DNA of 64,000 nucleotides from Bacteroidales bacterium (GTDB taxonomy: Bacteria > Bacteroidota > Bacteroidia > Bacteroidales > UBA3824): assembly GCA_017535325.1 (NCBI GenBank), contig JAFXUC010000080.1:1213-65212 (forward strand). The letters are read 5' to 3'. The notes below the pieces were generated by a model. That model was not told the DNA's origin. It did not search any database and was given only the letters and a program-made list of their open reading frames with translations. How positions within the stretch are numbered: position 1 is the stretch's first letter; each line of letters begins with the position of its first letter. Made by a program: the position numbers and the translations under genes. Shown one piece after another: positions 10,648 to 20,063 of the stretch.

Positions 10648-10672
10648 TCTGCTGAAAAAAAAATTATACAAT

Positions 10673-11104
10673 ATGCAGATAAAATTAATCAACAAGTCAA
10701 AAAATCCGTTACCTGAATACAAAACGAAATATTCGGCAGGAATGGATTTGTGTGCAAATTTAGATAACGATTTGATTTTAAAGCCTTTGCAAAGGGTTTT
10801 AGTGCCGACGGGATTGTTTATGGAACTGCCTGAGGGTTTTGAAGCGCAAATCCGTCCGAGGTCTGGTCTCGCAATAAAAAACGGCATAACCGTCCTCAAC
10901 ACGCCCGGCACAATTGATGCCGATTACAGAGGCGAAATTAAAGTGATTTTAATCAACCTTTCTGACGAAGATTTCGTTATTCACAGCGGCGACAGAATCT
11001 GCCAGATGGTTATCGCGAAATATGAACAGGCTGAAATTCTCCAAGTTGACGTTCTTGCAGAATCGGAGAGGGGAGAAGGCGGTTTCGGACATACAGGAGT
11101 GTAA
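10673..11104 (+). CDS. dut: dUTP diphosphatase
   Basis: MQIKLINKS...[26 protein letters not shown] and [11 protein letters not shown] are the five dUTPase motifs. The track's upstream extension was discarded. Confidence 0.93.
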   Translation: MQIKLINKSKNPLPEYKTKYSAGMDLCANLDNDLILKPLQRVLVPTGLFMELPEGFEAQIRPRSGLAIKNGITVLNTPGTIDADYRGEIKVILINLSDEDFVIHSGDRICQMVIAKYEQAEILQVDVLAESERGEGGFGHTGV

Positions 11105-11177
11105 AAAATTACAAAAATTTTTCACAAACAACTTTTTTATGTAAATTTGCGCCAAAAAATTAATTTTAGAAACGATA

Positions 11178-11621
11178 ATGAACATAAAAAAATTATTCAT
11201 GGCATCTGACCATGCCGGTTACGAGTTAAAACTTTACTTAAAAGACTATCTCGTACAAAAAGGTTTTCAGGTTGAAGACCTCGGAACAAATTCAGCAGAG
11301 AGTTGCGACTACGCCGACTACGCTCACCCGCTCGCAGAACAAGTAGAAAAAGATCCAGAATTTTACGGAATCACTATCTGCGGCAGCGGCAACGGTATCT
11401 CCATCACCGCCAACAAACATCAAGGCATCCGCGCTGCATTGTGTTGGAACTCAGAGATTTCAAGACTCGCACGCGCTCACAACAACGCTAACGTTCTCTC
11501 GCTTCCGGCGCGTTTTATCAGCAAAGGCGAAGCAGTTGAAATCCTCGAAGCGTTTTTCAGCACAGAGTTTGAAGGCGGCCGCCATCAGCGCAGAATCGAA
11601 AAAATCCCGGTAAAGAAATAG
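11178..11621 (+). CDS. rpiB: ribose-5-phosphate isomerase B
   Basis: ASDHAGYELK, CGSGNGISITANK, ARAHNNANVLSLPARF, GGRHQRRI. A TAaaTTTG box lies at 11142..11149. Confidence 0.9.
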   Translation: MNIKKLFMASDHAGYELKLYLKDYLVQKGFQVEDLGTNSAESCDYADYAHPLAEQVEKDPEFYGITICGSGNGISITANKHQGIRAALCWNSEISRLARAHNNANVLSLPARFISKGEAVEILEAFFSTEFEGGRHQRRIEKIPVKK

Positions 11622-11661
11622 TTTTTTGTTCCCTTTTAAAAAAGGGAACCGGAAAATTTTT

Positions 11662-11720
11662 AAGAGCACGCTTCGCGCGGAGTTAGTTATGTACGCCACT
11701 ATCGCGCGAAGCGCGTGCTT
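11662..11720. terminator. GC-rich stem-loop between convergent rpiB and the VanZ-like gene
   Basis: AGCACG-CTTCGCGCG ... CGCGCGAAG-cg-CGTGCT, about 15 bp with a 2-nt bulge, followed by T-runs. The right arm encodes the last codons of the VanZ-like ORF. A smaller hairpin GTTCCCTT/AAGGGAAC lies at 11628..11649. Confidence 0.55.
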
Positions 11721-12097
11721 AAAAGTTTTTTGGTTCTTTTTTTCAAAAAAGAACATAACATCGCACCTACGACCGCGCCGCAAAAATCAGCGAGCATGTC
11801 ATAATAATCGAATCCGCGCCACGGGATAAAATATTGGATAATCTCAATCATTATTCCGTATAACGTGCTGATTATTACGATTTTAATTTTATCAGAGAGA
11901 CTGACGAACTTTTTTTCAAGACCGATTAACGAGGCGAGTATGAAAAAAATCCCGAAATGCACGATTTTGTCAGCGTGCGGAATATGAAATTTCATCGGGT
12001 CTTCGTCGTGCGGAAGGTCGACTTTCATTGTGCAACCAATGAGCATTATTACAGCCCAAAGGATACTAAATTTGTAATTTTTAATTTTTTCTTTCAT
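11699..12097 (-). CDS. VanZ-like membrane protein
   Basis: Four hydrophobic helices, KIVHFGIFFILA motif. The ATG at 12097 overlaps the divergent hemW ATG (12096) by 2 nt, so the exact start is uncertain. Confidence 0.55.
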   Translation of the reverse strand: MKEKIKNYKFSILWAVIMLIGCTMKVDLPHDEDPMKFHIPHADKIVHFGIFFILASLIGLEKKFVSLSDKIKIVIISTLYGIMIEIIQYFIPWRGFDYYDMLADFCGAVVGAMLCSFLKKRTKKLLSTRFAR

Positions 12098-13193
12098 GTC
12101 AGGATTATATGTCCACATTCCGTTTTGCGTAAGGAAATGCGGTTATTGTGATTTTTATTCCGTTAAACTCGGCAAAGATACACATTTGCTTTCGCTTTTC
12201 ACAGAAAAAATCATTAATGAAATTTTATTAAAATCTTATCTTTTTGACAAAGAAACAGTTGAAACGGTTTATTTTGGTGGGGGAACACCTTCAATTCTAC
12301 CCGTCAAAACACTTGAAACAATTTTCAGTGCCATTGCAAAAAACTTTTCGCTCGCAAAAACAATAGAATGTACTTTGGAAATCAACCCCGAACACGCAAC
12401 TGACGAATATTTCAAAGCGTTAAAAGCATCGGGGTTTGTCAACAGACTTTCTACGGGCTTTCAGGCTATGGACGATGACGGTTTAAAATATCTCGGCAGA
12501 AACCATTCAATATCAGATAATTACCGTTATTTGGACCTGTGCAGGAAATACGGTTTTGACAATTTTTCCGTCGATTACATTTTCGGTTATGAAACCCTGA
12601 CAGAAAAGGAAGTGGAAAAAAGCATGAAATTTTTTTGTGATGAAAAAATTCCGCACATCTCGGCGTATAGTCTTGGCATTGAGGACAATACACCGTTCGC
12701 ATTAAAACTCAAAAAAGGTCTTATCCACAAGATGGATGACGAGTTTTTTTTGCGACAGTTTTCGTTAATTCATTCTATTTTAGAAAGTTATGGCTATAAC
12801 CATTACGAAATATCCAACTATTCTTTACCGGGAAAACATTCTCGGCACAATTCCAATTACTGGAATTTTGTACCGTATCTCGGCTTTGGACCTTCGGCAC
12901 ACTCGTATTATGACGATTCGCGGTCTTGGAACAGCCGCAGATTGCAAGAATATTTTTCTCAAATAGGAGAGGGGCGACTTTTTGAAGAGCAGGAAATTCT
13001 GACAAAAACCGATATTTATAACGAAAAAATAATGCTCGGTTTGCGGACAAAACGGGGTCTGAAACTCTCTGAATTTCCAAAACTTAATTTGTCTAAGTTC
13101 AAGGATTATTTTGTAGTTGAAGACGGTTATTTAAAGTTAAACTTAAAAGGTTGGTTTGTTTCAGATTATATTATTTCTGAAATGTTTGAATAA
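12096..13193 (+). CDS. hemW: radical SAM heme chaperone / coproporphyrinogen-III oxidase-like protein
   Basis: YVHIPFCVRKCGYCDF (CxxxCxxC radical SAM), GGGTPS, HemN C-terminal-like domain. Confidence 0.85.
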   Translation: MSGLYVHIPFCVRKCGYCDFYSVKLGKDTHLLSLFTEKIINEILLKSYLFDKETVETVYFGGGTPSILPVKTLETIFSAIAKNFSLAKTIECTLEINPEHATDEYFKALKASGFVNRLSTGFQAMDDDGLKYLGRNHSISDNYRYLDLCRKYGFDNFSVDYIFGYETLTEKEVEKSMKFFCDEKIPHISAYSLGIEDNTPFALKLKKGLIHKMDDEFFLRQFSLIHSILESYGYNHYEISNYSLPGKHSRHNSNYWNFVPYLGFGPSAHSYYDDSRSWNSRRLQEYFSQIGEGRLFEEQEILTKTDIYNEKIMLGLRTKRGLKLSEFPKLNLSKFKDYFVVEDGYLKLNLKGWFVSDYIISEMFE

Positions 13194-13226
13194 ACGGTAA
13201 AAAAAGAGTAACTTTGCGGCATAAAA

Positions 13227-13259
13227 AAAGCACTCTGAATGTTGTTTTCAGAGTGCTTT
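13227..13259. terminator. bidirectional terminator
   Basis: AAAGCACTCTGAA-tgttgtt-TTCAGAGTGCTTT with a preceding A-tract. It sits between hemW (+) and the tRNA (-). Confidence 0.8.
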
Positions 13260-13260
13260 G

Positions 13261-13334
13261 TGGACCCACTAGGGCTTGAACCTAGGACCCCCTGATTATG
13301 AGTCAGATGCTCTAACCAACTGAGCTATGGGTCC
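13261..13334 (-). tRNA. tRNA-Met, anticodon CAT (elongator-like; tRNA-Ile2 with a lysidine-modified CAT anticodon not excluded)
   Basis: Reverse complement GGACCCATAGCTCAGTTGGTTAGAGCATCTGACTCATAATCAGGGGGTCCTAGGTTCAAGCCCTAGTGGGTCCA. It has a 7-bp acceptor stem, D-loop AGTTGGTTA, anticodon loop CT-CAT-AA and T-loop GGTTCAAGCC. No encoded CCA. Confidence 0.9.
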
Positions 13335-13397
13335 GATAAATGTTATCTTTTGTGAGTGCAAAATTAGAATAACTTTTTTAAATAAACAAATTTTTTT

Positions 13398-14003
13398 ATG
13401 AAAAATTTTGAAAAAATTAAAAACATTATCTTTGATCTCGGCGGAGTCTTATTTTGCCTTGACGGTGAAGAAACACTAAAAGCATTTGAAAATCACGGTG
13501 TTAAGAATATCCGTGAAAAATTTTCCGAGATAATTCTTTCTAACTGGTTCAGAGATTTTGAAATCGGAAACATCTCACCAAACGAATTTTTAGAACAACT
13601 AAACACACTCTGCGGCTCTAAATTGAGCATGGAAGATTTTGTTTTTTGTTGGAACGCTATGCTGACCGGCTATCCGGAAGAAAACCGCGATTTTTTGGAA
13701 AAACTTTCCCAAAAATACAACCTTTATGTCCTGAGTAACACCAATATAACTCATGTTGAATTTTTTGAACCAATAGCCAAGTGGAGGGACGGACTTTTCA
13801 AAAAAAGATATTATTCCAACGTCATTCATTTACGAAAACCCGATAAAGAGTGTTTTGAATTTGTATTGTCAGATGCAGAAATCAAGCCCGAAGAAACGCT
13901 TTTCATTGACGACAGAGCCGACAATATTGCAGCCGCTAAAACGTTAGGAATCAATACAATACATTTAACTTGCCAAAAAAATCTTTTCGGATATTTCAAA
14001 TGA
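13398..14003 (+). CDS. HAD-superfamily hydrolase (subfamily IA-like)
   Basis: Motif I IIFDLGGVL, motif II LSNTN, and motif IV FIDDRADNIAAA preceded by RKPD. Confidence 0.8.
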   Translation: MKNFEKIKNIIFDLGGVLFCLDGEETLKAFENHGVKNIREKFSEIILSNWFRDFEIGNISPNEFLEQLNTLCGSKLSMEDFVFCWNAMLTGYPEENRDFLEKLSQKYNLYVLSNTNITHVEFFEPIAKWRDGLFKKRYYSNVIHLRKPDKECFEFVLSDAEIKPEETLFIDDRADNIAAAKTLGINTIHLTCQKNLFGYFK

Positions 14004-15004
14004 GAGTTTTATTAATTGCATTGTTTTTAACGCTTACTTTCAGCGGTTTTGCCCAAAGTGATGCCGACAACCTGAAACAGGCTTTGGAACTTTTGGAAAA
14101 GGGCAGTTTCAACGAATCAAATGAATTGTTAATTCCTTTATATTCAAAGAATTACATGAAAGATTTGGTTTGCTATAACATCAGTTTGAATTTTTTCAAC
14201 CTAAACAACTTTACAAAAGCAGAAAAATACGCTAACGAATCGGTTGAAATGAATACGGCATATTCCATGCAAGCCGCTGTCATAAAAGGTAAATGCTTGA
14301 ATATCAAAGGGAAATTTTCAGAAGAAGAAAAATTTTACCGCAAAATGACGGATAAATATCCAAAAGAGTTTCTCTTTCATAACCTTTTAGCAGACAACCT
14401 TTTACGGCAAAAAAAATGCAACGAAGCATCAGAAGAGTTAAAAAAGTCGATTCTTCTTGACAGATTTGGCGCATCTTCGCATTACAAACTCGGCAAAATA
14501 GAAGAAGGCAACGCAAACTTTGCAAAATCTATGCTTTGCTATTATTATTTTTTGATGTGCAGCAAAGATTCAAGTCTACAGAAAGAAACAATATTATCAA
14601 TAGCGAAAATAATGAATTTTAACGAATTTGACAGAGTGATTTCAGAGAAAACTTCAAATGAAAATATTTCATTAGAGGAGATAAATATGAGTTCGTTAAT
14701 GTTTTTTTTAACAGACTTAGAAAAAATTTCTTTAAACGATTCTCTGCCAAACTTACAAAAATTTGTAAAAAATTCGAGACGTTTTTTGGAAGATGTAGCC
14801 GTTATGGGGTTAACTCATAGAAAAACAGGATATTTTTATGAGGATTTTTATGTTGATTTCTTTGCTAAACTTATGGAAAACAATCTGTTAGATACGTTTT
14901 TGTATTATTGTCTGATAAAGATTTATCCGAATGTATCCGAAGAAATTCACGGCGTCACCAAAGAAAAAATGCTGAAATTTGCGGAAATTTTGGAAGAAAA
15001 TTAA
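14000..15004 (+). CDS. secreted TPR-like hypothetical protein
   Basis: ATGA overlap with the HAD stop. Signal peptide MRVLLIALFLTLTFSGFAQS. Helical-repeat character. Confidence 0.55.
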   Translation: MRVLLIALFLTLTFSGFAQSDADNLKQALELLEKGSFNESNELLIPLYSKNYMKDLVCYNISLNFFNLNNFTKAEKYANESVEMNTAYSMQAAVIKGKCLNIKGKFSEEEKFYRKMTDKYPKEFLFHNLLADNLLRQKKCNEASEELKKSILLDRFGASSHYKLGKIEEGNANFAKSMLCYYYFLMCSKDSSLQKETILSIAKIMNFNEFDRVISEKTSNENISLEEINMSSLMFFLTDLEKISLNDSLPNLQKFVKNSRRFLEDVAVMGLTHRKTGYFYEDFYVDFFAKLMENNLLDTFLYYCLIKIYPNVSEEIHGVTKEKMLKFAEILEEN

Positions 15005-15038
15005 AAATGGAGTGCGGGCATCCCTGCCCGCTTTCCAA

Positions 15039-15794
15039 TTAATTCTTGAAATTCAACGGAAATTTTACGTTTTGATATTTCACCAAATCGACCTTTGCGC
15101 TGCCGACCATGAGGGACATTTGAGCGCGGACGGGTATTTTGTTATCGTCGGCGGTTATCCAAATGCTCAAAGCGTCTTCCGCCGTAAAAACTCCCGAAAC
15201 CTCAACCACAGGTATAAACTTATAACACTGAATCTTACCGAGTTTCGGAATCTTAACCGTCTCTGTCTTAACATATTGAAGCACTAACGGCCAGTTTTCT
15301 TCGCCGAAAAACGTGTCAAACTTTATCTGCTGACCTGATTTAAGGTTTTTCATATCCGTCATGCGGATTTTGTAACACGCCGCAACGATGTCATAACACT
15401 CCTGAGGAATCTTGTGAGTGCCTGAGTTTGTGCTTGTTACGGTCTGAGCGTCATGGTCAAAAGTATACGTAATGTAGCGTTTGTATTTTGCACTTTCGCG
15501 GACGTTTTTCAGGGCGCGGACGGGTTTTAAGGTTTCGGGGTCTGTCCAAGCCTCGTAATCCTCCATGATGTTGTAAATCTTGTCAATCAAACCAACCGTA
15601 TTTCCCTTTGCGATAAGGTGATACAAGGTTTTGCCGTTTTCATTAACGGTTTCGGTTTGAAGAGTCATGTGTGCACCCGTAACAAAAGCGTAATAAATCT
15701 CGTAATCAAGTTTCTCATTTGGCGAGATTACGGGGTTTTGACTGTTTGCAACAATGCAAAATACTGAAAATAAAAGCGTTAAAATTTTTTTCAT
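15039..15794 (-). CDS. DUF3108-like secreted protein
   Basis: Signal peptide, then GEKLDYEIYYAFVTGAHMTLQTE-type beta-rich sequence. Overlaps the tsaB stop by 4 nt. Confidence 0.5.
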   Translation of the reverse strand: MKKILTLLFSVFCIVANSQNPVISPNEKLDYEIYYAFVTGAHMTLQTETVNENGKTLYHLIAKGNTVGLIDKIYNIMEDYEAWTDPETLKPVRALKNVRESAKYKRYITYTFDHDAQTVTSTNSGTHKIPQECYDIVAACYKIRMTDMKNLKSGQQIKFDTFFGEENWPLVLQYVKTETVKIPKLGKIQCYKFIPVVEVSGVFTAEDALSIWITADDNKIPVRAQMSLMVGSAKVDLVKYQNVKFPLNFKN

Positions 15795-16486
15795 TGTTTT
15801 AATACGTTTTTCTTGCTGACCGTTGCAATAAAGTCTTTCAAATAAAACGGCTCAAAATACGCAACGTCAGCAAATTGTTTTTCGGTAAATTCTTTAAACG
15901 TGAGCCCCGCCATATAACGCGCCGAGGGCAAAACATCACGCAAGAAAACGGCGTTTTCGTTTTCGATGATTTTGCTGATTTTTTCGGAAGCGTTGCCTGC
16001 GAAAACTACTTTATAATGGTCGTTAAAATACTTCTCAAATGAATTTTTTTCTATTAATTCGGCTTTGCACGGCTCCAAAACGCGGTTTTCAACGTCAAAA
16101 ACCTCGCAGTAAACCTCGTTTCTTCCAGCGTCGATGCAGGAGACGATTACCGCCTTTTCGTTTTTGAAATTTTCGGCTGCTTTCAGTGCCATTGCCTGCA
16201 AAGTGTCAACTGCAATCATTTTAATATCAGCGAAATACGCCATTCCTTTTGCCGTTGACGTTCCGATTCTGAGTCCCGTGTACGAACCCGGACCTTTTGA
16301 AACCGCAACGCCTGACAACTGTTTTACCGTTAAGTTGTTGCGTTTCAAGACTTTCTCTATGAAAACCGTCGTTGTTGAAGCGTGGTTGCGGTCGTTGTTT
16401 TCTTCATAGTCAATTACTTGATTGTCAGCGGATAACGCCACAGAACAAATATCCGTCGAAGTCTCTATGTTAATAAAGTAATCCAT
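15791..16486 (-). CDS. tsaB: tRNA t6A biosynthesis protein TsaB
   Basis: INIETSTDICSVAL, GPGSYTGLRIGTSTAKG. Confidence 0.85.
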   Translation of the reverse strand: MDYFINIETSTDICSVALSADNQVIDYEENNDRNHASTTTVFIEKVLKRNNLTVKQLSGVAVSKGPGSYTGLRIGTSTAKGMAYFADIKMIAVDTLQAMALKAAENFKNEKAVIVSCIDAGRNEVYCEVFDVENRVLEPCKAELIEKNSFEKYFNDHYKVVFAGNASEKISKIIENENAVFLRDVLPSARYMAGLTFKEFTEKQFADVAYFEPFYLKDFIATVSKKNVLKQ

Positions 16487-16488
16487 AA

Positions 16489-17529
16489 TTATTCCTCTTT
16501 GTCGTAATAAAACTGGTAAAATTTCATTCCCGTATCCGGGTCAACGCCTTTTGAGACGCGGGATTCGTCGCCGTGAATGTAAATGTGAAAATTTTTGTCG
16601 AGTTTGAGAACGCTTTTCATTTTTGACTGCTGTTTTTTTGCCGCGTTTTCCGACACGCCGAAATTATCCTCCAACTTGACGTTTTTTTCTTCCTCGTACT
16701 GCTGTTTGTACTCGTTGAAAGCCTCTATGACTTCGGGCTGTTGAAGTACGTTTTCTTCAAAATCCTCTTTTGAAAAATTCTCGTTTTCTTTGAAGTAATT
16801 CTTTGATTTGTTGAGCATTGCGATTTGCTGAGGTTTTTCCACCTCGTGTTCTTCGTTGTAAACCTCCTCAACAAAATCCTTGCAAAGTTCCATGTACTTT
16901 TGCGTCTGGTAAAAATCGTCTTTGCGCTGCTCAATTCCCAAAAAGTCAAGACGCCAGTACTGCGCTTCCTGTTTGTTTGTGGCGTCGATGATGTTGAGTT
17001 TGTAGCCGAACTCCGCCTCGGTGTTATAAATAAGGCACGCCTTGTCTATTTTGTTGAGGTTGATGCCTTCTTCAATAACGATGTCGAGACCCCCAGCGGA
17101 GGCCTTTATCTGCAAAAAGTCCTGCTTGGTCTCTGATTTAAAGATACCTACCGCGTCAACGAGTTCGCCGTCAACCACAAGGTCAGAAAAATAAGCGACG
17201 TACAAATCGCCTTCCTTGATTTTCGGGTGCGTACCGGCGTCGTAAAGTTTTTGCGCGATGTTTACGCTTTCCAGAACAAAATTTCCGGGATTTTGAAAAA
17301 TGTCATTGACATATTGATAGACAGGATTTTCTGCCGGACCGTTTTCCGAAAAGAAATTATAATAATTTTCTTCTGCAAAATGCCCTAAGAAAAACTGCAT
17401 CAGTAATTCTTTTATGGAGTCATTTACAGAAAGTTCCTTGTCGGAGAGTACCATATCCTCTTCCCTTGACTTATTGCCTAACTTGTGTAGAATCACGTTG
17501 TTAAGCCTTACATTCGCAAAATCTAACAT
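16489..17529 (-). CDS. nucleoid-associated protein, NdpA/YejK-like
   Basis: N-terminus LNNVILHKLGNK and a size of 346 aa resemble the 37-kDa nucleoid-associated family. A -7 box TAtcTTTG lies at 17547..17554 (reverse strand). Confidence 0.5.
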   Translation of the reverse strand: MLDFANVRLNNVILHKLGNKSREEDMVLSDKELSVNDSIKELLMQFFLGHFAEENYYNFFSENGPAENPVYQYVNDIFQNPGNFVLESVNIAQKLYDAGTHPKIKEGDLYVAYFSDLVVDGELVDAVGIFKSETKQDFLQIKASAGGLDIVIEEGINLNKIDKACLIYNTEAEFGYKLNIIDATNKQEAQYWRLDFLGIEQRKDDFYQTQKYMELCKDFVEEVYNEEHEVEKPQQIAMLNKSKNYFKENENFSKEDFEENVLQQPEVIEAFNEYKQQYEEEKNVKLEDNFGVSENAAKKQQSKMKSVLKLDKNFHIYIHGDESRVSKGVDPDTGMKFYQFYYDKEE

Positions 17530-17648
17530 TATATTTTTACTTTTCGCAAAGATAGAAAATTTTTGATAAAATAAAAAATCTTAAAAATATTTTTGCGGTT
17601 ACAAAATATTGTATTAATTTTACGCCAAATTATATACGAAAACATAGT

Positions 17649-18041
17649 ATGGAAAAAATACAAATAGAACCGTTGCACAATGCACCGAAAATTGATTTCG
17701 ACCCCGAGGCGGGCGTGTTGAATTTCGAGGGCAAATCCTTGATGGAGGATTCAGAATCCTTTTACCTTCCTTTGGTAAACTGGATTATGGAGTATGCCGC
17801 TAACGAGCCGAAGAAGGGAACGGTTGTTAATTTTAAGTACGAGTATTTTAATACGAGCAGTTCTAAGTGGTTGATTACCATTACAAAACAGTTGAAAGTG
17901 CTTTACGAAAAAGACCCGTCTACGGTTGTAAACTGGTATTGGCCCGACGATGACATTTTGGAGTACGGCGAAGTTATCAGAGACTTGGTTGACATGCCGA
18001 TTAACCTGATTGAAATCGAATCCGAGGACGAAGATATTTAA
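17649..18041 (+). CDS. SiaC-like DUF1987 protein (partner-switch phosphoprotein family)
   Basis: PKIDFDPEAGVLNFEGKS, FYLPLVNW, FKYEYFNTSSSKW, VNWYWPDDDILEYGE. These are the family hallmarks. Confidence 0.8.
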   Translation: MEKIQIEPLHNAPKIDFDPEAGVLNFEGKSLMEDSESFYLPLVNWIMEYAANEPKKGTVVNFKYEYFNTSSSKWLITITKQLKVLYEKDPSTVVNWYWPDDDILEYGEVIRDLVDMPINLIEIESEDEDI

Positions 18042-18146
18042 TAAAACGCATTGAGAAAAAGCGTTGTTATTGATTTGATATATAAATAGGTGTAAAGCAA
18101 ACTTTATTTTAAGGGTTTCTTTACACCTTTTTAATTTGCTTTGTTT

Positions 18147-20015
18147 ATGCACACACTTGAAACCTTTATCGAAATATTAAAATCTCAGGACGATATTCTT
18201 GAAGTTGACGAATTTTTTTCGCCTGACTTGGAGATGACCGAACTCTCGGACAGAATGATGAAACTCTCCGGCGGCGGCAAAGCAATCCTTTTCAAAAACA
18301 CCGGGACGGAATTTCCCGTCGTTATAAATCTTTTCGGCTCTGAAAAAAGAATTTCCGAGGCACTTTACTGTAATGACACAAAGGAAAAATCCGACGAAAT
18401 AAAGTACTTTTTTGAGGCGCTGACTTCAAAAAAAGACACGATAGCGAAAAAGTTGAAGGTCTTGCCGTTATTAAAGGATATTTCGAGTTTTTTTCCTAAA
18501 CATCAAAGTAGGAGGGGAGCGTGTCAAGAAGTAGTGGAAACGGACATAGACATCTTTAAACTCCCGGTCTTAAAATGCTGGCCTTTTGACGGCGGAAAAT
18601 TCATAACGCTGCCCATGGTCAACACTCTTGACCCCGAAACGGGACAGAGAAACCTCGGAATGTACCGCGTCCAACTCTTGGACAAGGCTCTGACCGCGCT
18701 TCACTGGCACAAACACAAAACCGGCGCGATGCATTACAACAAATACAAGGCCTTGGGCAAAAGAATGCCTGTTGCCGTGGTTTTGGGCGGCGACCCGGTT
18801 TATACTTACTGCGCAACCGCGCCTCTGCCCGAAGGCGTTGACGAATATTTGTTGGCAGGATTTTTGAGGAAATCTCCTGTAAAACTTGTTAAGTGTCTGA
18901 CACAGCCCGAAATAGAAGTACCCGCAGATGCGGATTTTGTCATCGAGGGCTACGTTGACACGGCGGAAGATTTGGTTTTGGAAGGGCCTTTCGGCGACCA
19001 TACGGGCTTTTATTCGTTGGCGGATTATTACCCGAAGTTTCACATCACGGCAATCACGCACAAAAAAAACGCAATTTATCCCGCAACAATCGTCGGCATT
19101 CCGCCTATGGAAGACGCTTACATCGGCTTAGCGACTGAAAAAATTTTCACGTTCCCGATAAAAATGGCGTTTGTTCCCGAAATGAAACAACTCCACATGC
19201 CCGCAGCCGGCGTTCAGCACAACATCGTCCTTGTTAAAATACAAAATCTCTACGACGGCGGTGTTTTGAAAGTAAAAAACGCGCTTTGGGGTGCGGGACA
19301 AATGATGTTCAACAAGATTCTCTGCGTTTATGACGGCGATAGAGAATTAACTGATTATCAGGAGTTTTTAAAAGACGGTTTGAAAAATTTTTCTCCGGAA
19401 AGAGATGTTTACATCGAGCGTTCGGGAGTCTCTGACGTGCTTGACCACGCAAGCAAAAAATTTGCCTTGGGAGGCAAGATTTGCTTGGATTTTACCGCCA
19501 AGCCGACGGAAGATTTTGTAATAAAACAGGTTGACACGGAAAAATTATCAAAAAAATATACAACAATAACAAATTTTAACGTTTTATTGTTAGGGAAATC
19601 TGTTCCCGTCGTGTTTATAACGGTGAAAGACAAGACAGTCGCGGTAAAAGACCTTGCGGCGGCACTTTCAAAAGAGATAACGGCTAAAATTATTGTCTTT
19701 GTTGACGTTAATTTGCCTGACGACGGATTTCTTCATCTTGCTTGGTATGCCTCCGGCAACATCGACCCCGGGACGGATTGTTATGTCATTAACAATGTCC
19801 TGTGTGTTGATTCTACCGCCAAAACCCTTGAAAATGACGGTTTTACGCGGCAATGGCCTGAGCCGGTGCTTATGAATGAAGAGACGGTGAAAAAAGTTAA
19901 TGAAAAAAAATGTGTGAAAGAATATAAAAATTTATTAATTTCGCCGTCGGAGAACTTAAAAAATTTGCGCGGGGCAAACGGCGCGGTAAAATTTTTTAAT
20001 TCAGACGGACAATAA
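18147..20015 (+). CDS. UbiD-family (prenyl-FMN dependent) decarboxylase, probably quinone biosynthesis
   Basis: ITLPMVNTLDPETGQRNLGMYRVQ, ALHWHKHKTGA, GPFGDHTGFYS. ATG at 18147 preferred over TTG at 18141. Confidence 0.85.
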   Translation: MHTLETFIEILKSQDDILEVDEFFSPDLEMTELSDRMMKLSGGGKAILFKNTGTEFPVVINLFGSEKRISEALYCNDTKEKSDEIKYFFEALTSKKDTIAKKLKVLPLLKDISSFFPKHQSRRGACQEVVETDIDIFKLPVLKCWPFDGGKFITLPMVNTLDPETGQRNLGMYRVQLLDKALTALHWHKHKTGAMHYNKYKALGKRMPVAVVLGGDPVYTYCATAPLPEGVDEYLLAGFLRKSPVKLVKCLTQPEIEVPADADFVIEGYVDTAEDLVLEGPFGDHTGFYSLADYYPKFHITAITHKKNAIYPATIVGIPPMEDAYIGLATEKIFTFPIKMAFVPEMKQLHMPAAGVQHNIVLVKIQNLYDGGVLKVKNALWGAGQMMFNKILCVYDGDRELTDYQEFLKDGLKNFSPERDVYIERSGVSDVLDHASKKFALGGKICLDFTAKPTEDFVIKQVDTEKLSKKYTTITNFNVLLLGKSVPVVFITVKDKTVAVKDLAAALSKEITAKIIVFVDVNLPDDGFLHLAWYASGNIDPGTDCYVINNVLCVDSTAKTLENDGFTRQWPEPVLMNEETVKKVNEKKCVKEYKNLLISPSENLKNLRGANGAVKFFNSDGQ

Positions 20016-20063
20016 ATTTGCAACTATAAATATAGAGTATAAACCTTAAAAGAGAATATAAAA

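Noticed and set aside
13261-13334. tRNA-Met as an island integration site
   Set aside because: No integrase, direct repeat of the tRNA 3' end, or foreign-looking genes flank it. Its neighbours (hemW, HAD hydrolase) are ordinary.
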